Source: Ophelia neglecta | Lineage: Eukaryota | DNA: 64,000 bases | NCBI GenBank assembly: GCA_965285935.1 | Contig: OZ260661.1 | Coordinates: 56,978,001 to 57,042,000 of the forward strand | Reading direction: 5' to 3' | Shown here: positions 26,535-39,800 of the stretch, one piece after another | Numbering within the stretch: the first letter of the stretch is position 1 | How the letters are laid out: every line of letters starts with the position of its first letter | Notes under the pieces: model-generated | Seen by the model: only the letters and a program-made list of their open reading frames with translations | Told to the model about the DNA's origin: nothing | Database searches by the model: none | Made by a program: the position numbers and the translations under genes

Positions 26535-27869
26535 AATCTTGACGATAAAAAGTTGTCCCCATTAATATATAAGCGTTAACGTTTGATGATTTGTACTATT
26601 AAAATGTTCTTATATTAGGTTATATTTATAACTATACCCCACACTTCAGATTGGATACACATGGCTAAGAACGCATGTAATGTTTGTCTGGAAGTACTTT
26701 CTCGCTGTAGACATTTTGTTCACCTCCATGCCCCCGACCCGTGACCCTGACCAATATTTCTCGGTTTTCAGGTATACATCGATCAACCTGTATTGAGGGA
26801 CACAGGGTGTCGATAAATAATTCAAAACAAGACTTCCACCATTAACTTTCACTGCGTACACATGGAAGTCGGTACCGATATGTAATACATATGGACAACA
26901 GAGTTTCAATTGACCTTTTTAAAAATCCATTTATCATTCCAGAAGGGTCATACATCGATCTTCGGTAGCGTTTTTCTCTTTCATCACAGATAAAGACTGT
27001 TATGTGTTTATTAATGTGCTTCTGCTAGCGTACATTTTATATCCGTTTGAGATACACGCTGAAGGCATGCGCAGTCGTCAAACATATTCCAATAACTTCA
27101 GACCGCACACAACAGAATATAGGAGGAACTATAACAACACTTCAGAAAGAGGCAAGAAATTAAATGTTCATAATTATGTTATTTGTTGTTTTCTCTTGGC
27201 TTTTCCCATGCAAGAACCAATTGTACCTCGAAACGCTCTTTAGAACCGGTATCCGCGTGTCTAAATCAGGCGCCGACAGCCCACCCCGCATCCGGGAGAT
27301 GACATTACCGTTAGTGGTTAATGGTAATTGAAAATATACATGGCCCTGTGGGCCACGAACAAACTCGCTGCAATGTTTTATTTCCTCTTCCATCCCCTTG
27401 GGCTGGATAGGTTGAACCCCACTTTTAGTTAAAACTTTCCCACGTACCCGGTGGACTGTAACATACTGTTTTTGCGGTATGGTATATGCCCTTGGAGCTA
27501 TATACCAAATTTCCCCTGTTACTATTAAGGCTCAGCCTATTTAAGCGGAAAAATCTAATCAAACATCACAATTTCCCAATTGAGCTGCAAGTGATAATTC
27601 TAATTATGTAATCCAAATTGCTGGAGCCATATATCTAACGGCAGTCGGCACAAGAGTTACACTAACCAACCCAGAGACATTCAAGGGACTTTATAAGTTA
27701 TGTCCAAAGGATTTGAATACGGGTCTATGTGCTTTTTAATAATCGGTCCTAGTGTGTGATTGCAGAACGGTGCACGAGTGTGACAGTGGATTGAGAAGGC
27801 CAGGGGAGGGTTGAAACGCAGAATAAAATATAAGAAAATATGAGGAAATTTTTTAATATAAGGAAGCAT

Positions 27870-28350
27870 AAAACTTGGGTGGCAAACCAGCTGGAAATTT
27901 AGGCATTGCCCCGAGACAGTGACAGGTTGAAACTCATGGAGGTCTTACACTGAGAAGTGAGCGGTGAGGTAGAAAATTAATATTAATCCACTTCTATGGT
28001 AAAAATAATGTTGATTTCAATTGGCTGCGGGGTAAAATTGTCGAAAGAGATGATTGATCTCAATTCCTGGGGTCAAAGCTCAATAATCCCTTAGATTTAA
28101 GCCATTTTTGCTTCATTTGAGACAAATAAGAAGAATGTCCTTTTGAAACTTTTGCAGTGGTCTAAATAATGGGGCAAGTCTGGGACCACAATTAAATCAT
28201 ATATACTTGTTTATCGTGATGAAGGTTGCGTATTTGTGTGGTGTGTGAAAAACGGTTGCCATAGCGACCGTAATCAATAATTTAGTGCAATATGATACTT
28301 TAAAATACATATTGTCTGTAAAAGTACCTGATTCCGTTGCCATGGTGGCA
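27870..28350. mobile_element. Decayed interspersed repeat (possibly Helentron/HINE-like)
   Basis: GGGGTCAAAG, GGTTGCCATAGCGAC and GTTGCCATGG motifs are typical of abundant non-autonomous invertebrate repeats. Boundaries are uncertain. Confidence 0.3.
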
Positions 28351-28499
28351 GGTGACTAATTACCAATTGCATATTACGACTACTGATTAAGACCACGTGA
28401 TTAATTGCGTGTCAATAACTCAGTGTCCCCAGAAAAGCACAATTGGACTCTTTTCGCGGTCCCATCCCCATTTATCGCGCTCATGATTTTTAGCAACAG

Positions 28500-28670
28500 A
28501 CAATCCGAGGTCCAAGGAGCAGCCACCTCTTGGTTCATCGGGGAGCCTTAAAAACCAGGTCACGCGAGAGCTAGTTCCCTTCCAAAGGATGACCACGCCT
28601 GTCCTGCTATCGACCCCGGGTCGCCTGCGTGATATGACGCCTTGCCACCGGAGAACGCTTAGCCCATTAA
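28500..28670 (-). mobile_element. Decayed tRNA-derived SINE 5' part
   Basis: Minus strand GGTGGCAAGGCGTCATATCACGCAGGCGACCCGGGGTCGAT resembles a tRNA A-box/anticodon arm/B-box (GACCCGGGTTCGAT). It is too degenerate for a functional tRNA. Confidence 0.4.
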
Positions 28671-29034
28671 ATATGACCCAAAGTATAAGAAAATTAAAAT
28701 ATCAATCTTTTCGATAATTTTATATATAGCTAAAAGAGCTTCTTGCAAACGTCTATATCTGTTCATATTTAACAGTCAGTTAGAACATCGCTGCTACCAA
28801 GCAGCACATAGAAGATATATACATGTTCATTTACACTGGGTTAGTACATGGGTGTCCACCACATACAGGTCCATCTAATGGTCTAGGAGAAGACGTGATA
28901 AAAACCAGCCAAGAAGTTTATAGGCTGATCAGTTCCTATTACCGGTAATATATAAGATTATTTTGACGGCCAGCTGGAAGAGGCATCAGGATAGATATTT
29001 ATCCGAACAGATCGTTGGGGACCCCCGAAATGTA

Positions 29035-29107
29035 TAGGTCTTGCACAGAGAAAGTGAGTGGTTGCTGCTTAGGTCTTGCACTCTGAAAGTGAGCGATTGC
29101 TACTTAG
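29035..29107 (+). repeat. 35-bp tandem dimer
   Basis: TAGGTCTTGCACAGAGAAAGTGAGTGGTTGCTGCT / TAGGTCTTGCACTCTGAAAGTGAGCGATTGCTACT, plus a trailing TAG. Confidence 0.85.
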
Positions 29108-31181
29108 CAGGTAGGACATCGATCTAAAATGGTGACATAACAGATACGTTCCTTGTTAGTTAGGTCCGTAACTTTGCTCGAAGAATGCCCTGGTCATACT
29201 ACTTGCAGACAAAATCCATAGGAAATAAAATTATATAAACTGAATTATTGTTAGTTAGGTCTTGACCTAGCCAACAAGTTTGCTAATTAGTTCCACTCAT
29301 TGAGAATAGCACATAAATGCGACCGAGCGCCAAATGGGTATCCATAAAGCGCAAGCGCACTAAGAACTGGGTCGGTCCTGATGACGCGTTATATCAATCT
29401 CGATACAATTTGGCGCCAGAGACTGAGGTCCATGGTGAAAACAAAACTATTTTAAATGGTTTTCGAGATGAGACATGTTATCGAACAAGTCAACAGAGCA
29501 GGTGCAGGTTTTTTTCAATCATTACATGAATAACAATATTGAATCAATCGCGAGCCACTGCGTTAAATTTTGATGCAGAGAAAATTCACAAAACCTCTTA
29601 TTCAGTATTTTTCAGCTATAGCCCCACCGGGGACATGCAGTGTCACGGGATAAGTCCGTGTAGTTCACCGAAAGCCCAAGTAGCTGCAAGAAATGCCTGG
29701 GGACAGGTGGCCGAGTAAAACAAGCTATTAGTTACTCTACAGGGCTTTGTATTTCACACATAAATACCTGGCATAACTGATGTTCAAGGCACAATTTCAA
29801 AGACTACACGATGAAACGACTAGTATTAGGCCTATGCTTAACAAATCATAGAACATGTGTAATGCTAAATTCTACTGATAATAGTAAAATTCTGAACGAT
29901 TTTGTTATGCTGATATGAATATACAGGTGTTGGGATGGCCCTGAAGCCACCACTATAACGTATAAAAAGGCATGTATTATTTTTCTCACCATAGACCTAG
30001 ATGTCATAACGTAGGAAATAAAACATTCGCAACCAATTGTTTGTAAATTAAGTAAAACATTAATTTCATGAAACGGGAATGGCGACAGTTGATCCCCGTA
30101 AGTCTCTTTTGTGGCCTGAGATTTATCGAGGAGTCCTGAACAAACATGTTTTTAAATTGAATTTCCAACTTTCAGAAATTTTTTCCTTAGTTGGAATTAG
30201 TCTTACCCCTCTTGACCGGAAGTCCTACAAATGATAAATGAGAGTTGCACCTTGGGGGGAGCATGGAACTTACCACAGGCTAACTACGTATAGCCACAAC
30301 CATAAAAAGATAGGCATAACCACGGTTTTCTGTGGGCTAGCTAGGAACTGTACGTCTGCTCGGCCGCTAGCTTTTCGCATCTATATAATCATGGGCAGTT
30401 AAGTCAAGGTAGGTCTAAGTCAATTAAGTAAACTATAATAAACATGAATGATAAACTCGTTTTGGCGTGAGTGAACAGGAAAGAATTTATCTATTAAAAC
30501 TACTGCCTTGCCGTTATTATGCCCATATTGTATGCTTATTTGTTTGAGTAATTATTACAAGGCTTTTAAAATGAGCGAAAGGATAGAATCTTTTTCATAA
30601 TATCTTAATGGCTAATGACTAGGCCAACACGGATATTTCTATTTGGGTCTTTAGTGTTTCTTATTTTTGATTTTAAGTAAGTCATAAACAAACCGGCCTT
30701 TAACTCTGCAAATTGTCAGAAAAAAGTATCATCATTTAGGTATTAACTAATGATTGTGTGGCAAATCTGTATTACATATTAGGTGATCCTCGCCGGGGAT
30801 GAGTAGGTTGAATATTAATCCGGAGTATGATCAAGTGTACTCTACAAGAACGTCTGCCGATTATGTGATGATAGGATGTGAAGAAGCTATATCACATTGG
30901 GGCGTTCTCTATCTATCCATTGGATTTCACATATTGTTCTAAACTGTCTGGGTACAAGTCATGGATATCGATATAGTATTTTTTAACGAAATGCATACTC
31001 TAGCCTAAAGATAGATCAGCGCGCAATTACCGAAAAAGTTTGCAGGAAGGAATCCCTTTATTTTGTTGATTGACTATAGAACAGAAAGGAACAACGAGTA
31101 AACGTGTGGAATATACATTTGCTTGTGTAGTACATTGTGGAAAATGATTTAAGGTGTGTTCCCTTTGACTTCTCCCGAGAT

Positions 31182-31211
31182 GGGTGAGGGGCGGGGGGGG
31201 GGGGGGGGGGG
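31182..31211 (+). repeat. Poly-G tract (G19 core)
   Basis: Seen directly. Confidence 0.9.
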
Positions 31212-31758
31212 TTGTAGGGCTTTTATTACGAAGAATATTAACTCTAAAGTTCCACATAACAAAGTTTGAAAGTCGACAGTTCTGTTAACCATACAGTTTT
31301 TAAGCACTTGGGTATCATCATTAAAAGAAATGGAAAGACTAGATTATAATGTAATCAGTAAAATTTACATCATGGAATCTGATACTTGTCGAAATGAATT
31401 ATAAAATGTCTTTCATTTACCTACTCATCCATGGGCTCCTAGATTCCCGCCAATACAATTCGCGATTACAGCTTCCAAGTTGACTGCAACAGTACAAGAA
31501 CACTCTCCTTGTGAATAACAGCTTTTTCAACAATGCTTTGGAGCAGAATTCCTGCTTTAATTTCCAGTTCAGCACATCTTTTCCCTGCTTTACCTACCGG
31601 GTAGTTAGTATATTTTCCAGTAGAATACTTTTAAACGTCTTTAAATTCCGACGAATTTACCGCTCGCTTATCCCGTTTCTGCTTCAAGGTTATAGACTCA
31701 AAATGAAGAACAAGACATGTTCCAGTCAGAACGTTCTAATATACAAAACGATGACAGC

Positions 31759-31934
31759 CTATTGAATTTCCATACAGTCTCTGGCTGAGTTCATTATCAA
31801 TGCAGATGGACGCCTCCCTCGCACAACTGCTCCAATATTTGAACAATTTAATGCGGCAAGTCTATTGTGCTGATTCCTTGCAGTGTAGAGGGTGCGGTGC
31901 AATGTTGGCAGATTATACTCTTCCAGCGTAATCT
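31759..31934 (-). pseudogene. Possible decayed exon resembling the N-terminus of a YqaJ/lambda-exonuclease domain (ISL2EU/Kolobok accessory type)
   Basis: Strong acceptor GTGCTTTTACTTTCAG|, then ...RNQHNRLAALNCSNIGAVVRGRRPSALI..., loosely matching RxxRLTASNFGxVxKR. No intact SPDG/EIKCP motif follows. Confidence 0.25.
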
Positions 31935-33884
31935 CTGAAAGTAAAAGCACACGCTTATTCATTCACTTGCCTTGCTTGGACGCATCAATGTTTATATTGA
32001 CATATAAACATGCAATCTTAGGCTTTAATGAAAGAAATGCAGAATTCAACTATCCTAACTGGAATCATGCTCTGGGATAATGATTCAACTATATTGAATA
32101 CATGCTTAACATAATTAAAACTTGCGTTCCCATACTGATCATGCACGCACTTGATAACTGCAGAGTGTATAAAAAGGCAATAATAAGTTCGCAAATATTC
32201 TCGTGCATGAATTAAGAACAACTAAATGATTTTAAAATAACCAGCCGTACATCAATAGAGGACTATGGCGTATAACAAAGATTGAAAAGATTTTTTTTGC
32301 TTTATTATTTTAAATCCGTTAACACATTTCAATTAATATCTGGTATATTATTTTTGACGAAACTTTTAAATCGCACATGTAACATTAGCACAGTTTATTT
32401 GTCGGCTAATTCAAAGTCGATATGATGAGAACAAAGGACACAACCACCTGGACGCCCTGCCCACAAGTACCAAAATATACTGTCCTGATTATACTATGCA
32501 ACTATTCATATGCTTGTATGCAACAGTCTTATGTTGTTCGCCATTTATAAACAAGCCTGTACCTCAATACAAAGAAAAGAAATCCACAGTAAATGAAACA
32601 AATACTAAATATTTAAAGTGAATCGTAAATATAAGATAAAACTGAAGGCCTAAATAGGAAGTCTTTTTATAACAATCTTTATTAGGCTTCTGTACGATTT
32701 TGATGTGTCTGTCGGGTAACCAGTCATTGTGTTCCGTGGGGTAGATTGCTTGTTATTTCGTGCGGCCAAAGGAAAAAACATGGTCCTAATAAGCTGAATA
32801 AACTACCGATAAAACTTGTCATTGGTGAGCTTAAGTTGGCTTTCTCAGCCCCTTGTGAGTAGGCCTTTTTGTGTCTTTCCCACGTGCGCCCTTCAAAAGA
32901 AGCTTCAAAGTATTGGTACTAAATAACAACTGTACAATAATTTCCTGTCGTCTCCAGTAATGCCACCAGTGAGGTTAGTCACCAGTAGTGTTCCCAGTCA
33001 TACATATATACAGTTCTATATGCTTCTGGAGGTAAATGAGAAGATTAAGATGCCAATGGAAATCCTGACAGGTCTGACAGCCTTAAATAGGCAATATCTG
33101 TAGCAGTACTGTTTCATAAACCTTTAGTCTTGGTCGCGAGCCTAATCCCATTATTCTGACTCAATCGGTGAGTAGCTTGTCAAACGTATACAGTTAATGC
33201 ATCATATACTAATTGATCTCGTTGTAGCTGGTTGTATATTAAACAAGGGCAGTTTAAGTAACATAGTCTGTGCTCAGAGTTAAAGGAAGATAATATCATC
33301 ATAATTGTAATCAGGGAGGACAACCTAGTTATCCTCGGGGCTACATGTACTGTGCAGGAATAAAGAAATAAACCTAGAAACAGGAACTTGCTCCTGTCCG
33401 ATCTAAAACTGGGTGCAAAGGCTGTTGACTTACATTACAAGTTCCAAGACAAAAAATTCTCTGCATGCAACTGAAATAGATTCTGATCATTCATACCTTA
33501 AATAAAAATTTTAGTGAGTAAAAGACATGGCAAAATGGCAAATAAATGGCCTAACATACTAGGTCATTTATTTATTAACCAATAACTGAGTTGACACTAA
33601 CCATACGCCGTAGGTCTATATCTAAAAAGATTGGGTTTGACGAATAGGCTTCGTAGTATTCACTCAATTACGACCAAAATGTCATTCAGGGCATTTTTGT
33701 ATTAGTGTGCCGATATGGCGCCCATCATCGAGGCCCCTGAATGGCACTCGATATACTTAATTTGAATATGTAGGCTTTAAAGATTATGTCGGGAAATTTC
33801 GCGCATCGCCTAATTCCGCGAAGTAAGTACCCTTATTCTGCACGGCTAAGGAGGTTGCGGACAAAATGCTTGGCTTTATAACGT

Positions 33885-33950
33885 GCACGAAATAAGTCTT
33901 CTCTCTGCCCGAAATAAGCCTTCATTCTGCGCGATATCAACCTAGTTTCT
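33885..33950 (+). repeat. Degenerate 22-bp tandem repeat, 3 copies (GCRCGAAATAAG...TCT)
   Basis: gcacgaaataagtcttctctct / gcccgaaataagccttcattct / gcgcgatatcaacctagtttct. Confidence 0.65.
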
Positions 33951-34301
33951 GTAAGGAATTAAACCATTCGCGAAAATAATCAAATCTAAGGTTAAAGGGG
34001 TCATCTGTAGCAATGATGTACATGTATGCAACTCATTCTGAGACATTTTCAACTAATCTCTTAATATTATGGGAGAGCTTAAACCATCATATATTCCTTT
34101 GGAACATATTTCATCTCTGTCTTCCTTTGACCACTCACTCGATCGTTTATGATCTGACCCGCATCATATAAAACTGCTGACTGTATTTCTCACTGCAAGT
34201 GATATCAATGTTTGTTATGAAATATTTTAGTTTGTTACATGTTTATTTATACTATTAGTGAACTGGAAATTGATTTATGGGTATGTTTGGTGGTGTGTTT
34301 G

Positions 34302-34830
34302 CTAGTTCCAGGTGGACCGATTCAATGGACGATTCTTGGTAAATGATTTGACTTTGTCTGCGGGGTATCGCTCCCGTTTCATTTTGCTCTGTCTGTCGCG
34401 ACCCTTTAATTTACATACTTCATGGGCTTGAATAATCTTGTAATCAGAATCACATGCTGCACGATTCCCTTTAAAACAACCAGGCCTGTTCGTGAGGTCA
34501 GCCATGGCCTGAAGCCACATGCACGAGGCCTCGATAATGCTTCCCCATAAGTGATTGACAATTAAGGGCAAGATTAAGACACATGCCAGTTTTGTCCTTA
34601 TTCGTGTACTTAGACTTGGATAACAAAGTGCAATGACATAAACTAGACAGATCTTTTTTTTAATCCAAAACCATTCTGATTTTGTATTTCACATGAAAGA
34701 AGCACGGCATTATGATCATTATTAGAATGTAGTTGGCATTAAGATTTTGTGACATTCGACGTGAAAATATATATGGTCGAAGGAAGAGTAGTTTTCGGGG
34801 CCTGTGGCACCGGTGCACAGCAGGGCAACT
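34302..34830 (-). mobile_element. Possible decayed Kolobok/Mutator-like transposase fragment
   Basis: LIVNHLWGS...MWLQAMADLTNR...QAHEV... parallels the IxNHLWW...KWxSxxxHxxNxH...AHxxL motif order. A broken CxxPGH..KY-like motif lies upstream near 34790-34825. Confidence 0.35.
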
Positions 34831-36809
34831 ATACATTCTCAAATGACCTGATCGTTTTCCCGGGCAGCCTGAAACGTTCAGGATAAGCTGGTTATTGTTT
34901 TTTAACCATTCATACTGATAGCCTACTGATCTGGGGATTTACCTATAAAATGAGGCCCATTTGGCTTTGGTGATCAAACGTCGAGCTGTGGCCCGCCTTT
35001 TAAGGATAATCTAGGAAACTATGTACAAGGCTGTAACAGAAAAAAGTCCTCGGGCGCACTGGCATTGGAGATGTTTCGTGTAGTTCTAGGTTTAATTTGC
35101 TTTGATTATCTATTGATCATCTAGTCCCGTGAATTAAAAGATCATTCTTGTAGGTGTCAAATTCTCTTCACGTGAAGTTTTAGCAGGACGAAAAAGAAAC
35201 ATAAATACTCTCCCTATAGGTATATTATGTGAGTTCAAAGATCTCGTGGGTGTTGCTAAAAGCACACTCAACTTATAGGTCTCTCAGGCAAAATAAGAGT
35301 ATTTTTTCTCACTCGGTGTTCCTCCTATTCAATTGACTTGCAGCACGGAGACTAGAATTAATTATAAGGGACTTGCTTTGGATCCGCTACGCCCATGGAT
35401 GTTTTAGGAGTCATTCTCGGCTGCTCATGGAGGACGACATCCCACGTGTGTGGGAAACGATGCCAATTCATTATAGATTTGCTCGATTGGTTCTACTCTA
35501 ATATATACGTTGTTACAAGCGCCTTTTAGAGGCATAGATTAAACAAAAAATATATTTTGTCAGGATTTATTTCTTCCATATCTGTAGGTTTATTTATTTG
35601 ACTGACATGGAGGCAGTATACTTCCATCTCTAGAAAGATCACTGATTTTATGTCAAGGATGCGCTCGGTAACAGACGATTTGGGCTTATCACGCCTGAGT
35701 TTAAGTCTCCCAAGTACCTTGGGACACCAATGGAGAGGGAAAGTGACACTCTTGGGCAAGGAAGGCAGACAATTCAGACTGTGGTAGACTAAGTAGATTC
35801 TACAGATATATCGAGCCTAATTACTTAAGTTGATTTTGGGCTATAATTCAGTACTTTGGCAATAGAGTTCTAATTCTATCAGTTGCGAGGCAAAACACTT
35901 GGTAAATATATTTGAACATTCTTTCAATTTTAGCTAAATGTGTGGAACTTTCATAAAATTGATTTCACATTTAGTTCATGCGCAAAAATCACAAATTTTA
36001 ATGTGCGTACTTTCATCACACACAGCTGTATGTATAATACCCGCATGTATCATTGTCAAAGCAAGGATGAAACACGTTGATCGTCTTTAGGTAGCGTTCC
36101 CAAGACTCCAGAAAAAGAACACTTTCCCCACTGGAAGGAACAATAGGGGATCTTATATATTACTATGAACCTTACAGAGTTTAAACCGTCTTTTGATAGT
36201 TCATGCAAGTAAGGTAGTAAGATGGGTGGATGGATGGATTTATTTTCGCCATTCAGTGTAGCAAAACACACACTATAATTATTTCAATATTAAATCGAGA
36301 TGTTAAACATAAAAATATAAATATCACATACAAGCTTAACTAATTAAGTGTGAGAGCACAGAACAGCAAAATTAATAAAGTTACCTCAGCGCCTGCATTA
36401 TCGACACACGACTAGCATCAATATGTGTATAACCATGACAGGATAGAGTCAAAAGTTGATATAATTTAGGTTTATTACTACGGCAGACAATAATGATCAT
36501 AGCGTAAAGATACATTATAATATTGCACCGTTTTCAAACTTTTTTTTATCACAGACACTAAATAAAATTGAAAATGGAAATATTATTCACATTCATTAAG
36601 TATACTCCTTGATTAATAGAACAACAATTCTGATTGCTTAGTTCTATTTAGGGATCTGTCCTCTTTGTTTCTTAGTCTAAGCGTTAACTATGTACATTGA
36701 ATTCAGTTCACTTGGAATCATAGTTTTTTGCATGGTAATGCCAAACAAATATTATGTAGTAGCATAAATTTCCCGTCACGGGGAGAACATAGCTGTTCAC
36801 TGTATCTAG

Positions 36810-36870
36810 GCCTGTAATGGAACTCGAACGAGGCAAACTGTAGGCCCTAACGCATGTTCGGTACCACACA
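36810..36870 (-). mobile_element. Possible tRNA-derived SINE head remnant
   Basis: GGAACTCGAAC on + is the reverse complement of a B-box (GTTCGAGTTCC). A degenerate A-box-like segment lies ~25 bp further along. Confidence 0.25.
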
Positions 36871-39800
36871 ACAATAAAGAAACATCTATTTACCTTATAT
36901 GCGTTCATCAAGAAGACAGACAGAAACAATCCAGAGATATTTTCTCGTGTCAAGGTTCTCTCTATGAAGCCAGTACAATGACAAAGCTTGTTTCTTACAG
37001 GATAACGACATAATATTATTACTTAACAGAAGTGACCACCAAAACTTAGACCATCACAACGCAGACTTTTAACGTTGTTGTTAAGCTAGCACACCAAAAT
37101 TGACTATAAACATTCAAGGTCGGGCCTTTACATGTCAAACAAATGATTGCATTTACGATTTTCTTTTCAAAAGCACACACACATTAGTTTCCAGTCGGCT
37201 ATTCTTCTATTTGTAAAGTATATCGTAGTAAAGGGGAGTCCCCCACTGCGCGCTTAGGGGTCAATGCTTATTGTTGAGAATATTCTCGTCAATGAAATGG
37301 CTACCAAGGTCTGTTTACGTAATACATTGAATGTAACATTCACCCATGCGCATTCCTTGAGGTGCAATGCCGTTTTGTAACGTTACCCACTTATAGGCTA
37401 TTCCCTAAAGCTCGAGATAGGACACCTTAATTGAAATTGAAATGGGTAACGACACTAATCTCCGATCCATTCACTGTTAGGGCTCATAACAGGATACTGT
37501 ATCAAATAGTTCATCCAAATTAGAAAATAGCTTATGTATCACATAACTAAATTTGAAGTTGCCAACAGATTTTTTTCCAACTAACCTCATGATGACCTGT
37601 ACTGAATCATTTCGGCATGATTTTGCCTTGGACGTGCTTGTATTCTCCATAATTATTAAGTCCAAATGTATATCAATGTTTCATTGCAGCTCGGCATATA
37701 TCAAAATATTTGCGTCAATTTGCTACAATTAACTTAAAATATATTTCCAAGAAAAATAAAATTGATTTATTTATGAATAAAACTTAATTTCAGAATGAAT
37801 AGTTTGCAACATATTTTTATCTTGTCTTATGGGTTTCAATCTGTAGAGTGTTATCTAGTAAGTACTTTACCACTTATAACTAGGAAAAGTGCCTTTCTTT
37901 AAATTCTGTCGAAACATAACCGTTGAAATCAACTCCAATCATAGTTTTAAACTTCCTTCTTGGATTAAACAGACAAACAGAATCAACTTGTATTGGCCGG
38001 TGATTTCTTTTTCAGAACAATAACTATAGAGCCCAAAGCCACGTACATTCAATCTCATGTCAAGAGTGCCTGGAAGCGGCACTATGTCTGGCCCTGCACA
38101 TTTAATTAACAAATGCAGTTAACCTTGACGTGTAATTACCTCCCATCAAATTAACGCTGAAAAGAATCTTTATCGCTTTACCAAAGAGCGATCAAGTTCG
38201 TGTCTGTGCTTATGGCCAGCCTTGAGCAAATATTCAACGAGGTGTTAATGATTGAAGTTGGGGCAGGGGCCTACCATCCTGATTAGTGGGCCCCGGGTCG
38301 AGATTTTTTATCGGTCACGTTCATTCTGGTTCTTACTGATCATACTGATAGGACAGTTACGGCCAGATTACATTACATCCTGACCACTGTACCGTTATGT
38401 ATGGTAGCCCAGCCCAATAACACACAAAACTATATGAACTATTATGTTACGCACAGTATTTTGATTAAGAATGTAGATGTAAAACTTGACTTCCCTTAAA
38501 ATTGTAAAATCAATACTATGATTTTGTTTTCGTGCAACATAATATTGCTTTCTGGCAGATAGATTTTCTAAATTTTTCAATGCGCTTTCGATAATATGCA
38601 CACTTTTTTATTTTTGATTTGTAAACCATTGTGCTAATACGGGCCTAGTCCAAGTTTCAACCATTAATATACCGTGTTAGGATAGAGATTATCGCCGCTG
38701 GATATCCCATGGAATGTTATTTCTACAAGGTTGCAACTTCCTAGAAACAAGATATCACTTTTCCTAATTCGCATAATGTTCTAAGAGAATCTTCCAAACA
38801 GGATAATTTATTCGTCCGATTACTTCCAGATGAATACTATTGTTTCACTTCGCTGGCTACCTAGTTATTACAAATTGCAGTGGCTGATTTCAGATTTCTG
38901 GAAACTGTAATGCAATCGAGTGATGCATTAGTCGTATAGCAATTAGTTTGTTCCCACTGTCTTGCGTCAGGTATTGATATAATGAGACCAAGAAGTAAAT
39001 ACAATGGAAACTGCCTTAAGGACTACCACTATATTCAGACCACTTTATGCAGACCATACTGTACACTTTCACTAAAAAAAAACACTTCTAAACAGACCAC
39101 CTCCATAATCAGATCTGTATTTTCCAGTGGTCAATTATTAAATCTCCTAACTCCGACTCTTAAACAGAAATGAATTAAAAACACTGTACTGGGAGAAAAA
39201 AACTACATGGTTTTGGATGTTTTTTGATTTCTTGTATGAATTATAACGATTTAAAAGGTCATGAGTAGAAATACAAAATCTGAGTACCTTTTCTAGCTTA
39301 AAATGATATCACGTGTACGATATTTACGTCCACATGTACTGAAAGCTCTAGTATGCGGTTCGTTTACGCTGTAACCACTAGAATAAATTGTTCTAGATAG
39401 ATGAAGACAGCTCATATCACGTGTTTGTTTTTGTCTCACCGACATTGTTTCAGAACATATCTCAACTCAAAAAGGTGGGGAACCGGAAGCTTTCAGTTAA
39501 TGTTACACCAACATTGTGTGACACACAATGCACAGTGAATGTTATGTTAAGCCTAGGTGTGCCGTTTTGGCTCCTTGCCTAAACTTTGAGATGTGATTTA
39601 AGAGATAGCCCTCAGCTAGGGGCTTCCGGCATGGATGATATTGAATGTGTACAATTTACCTCATAGGTTGTCTATCATGCGCATAATTTGTCCATTATGC
39701 ATATATAGATGCGTCTAATTTTTATAACTAAGATTTTTATTGTCCGTTTATATTTAAATCTCAGTCAAAATAGATTTTAGGGACATTCAGGGTGAATGAA

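Noticed and set aside
28590-28670. tRNA gene; also the A-box-like strings near 29705 and 41480
   Set aside because: No complete cloverleaf and the B-boxes are degenerate. At best these are SINE heads.
29377-29410. Hammerhead ribozyme candidates (CCTGATGA...CGATAC; also CGGACGA-GACTT-AATG-AAGTC near 52267)
   Set aside because: Core CUGANGA/GAAA motifs or stems are missing. No complete hammerhead was found near the Penelope-like fragments.
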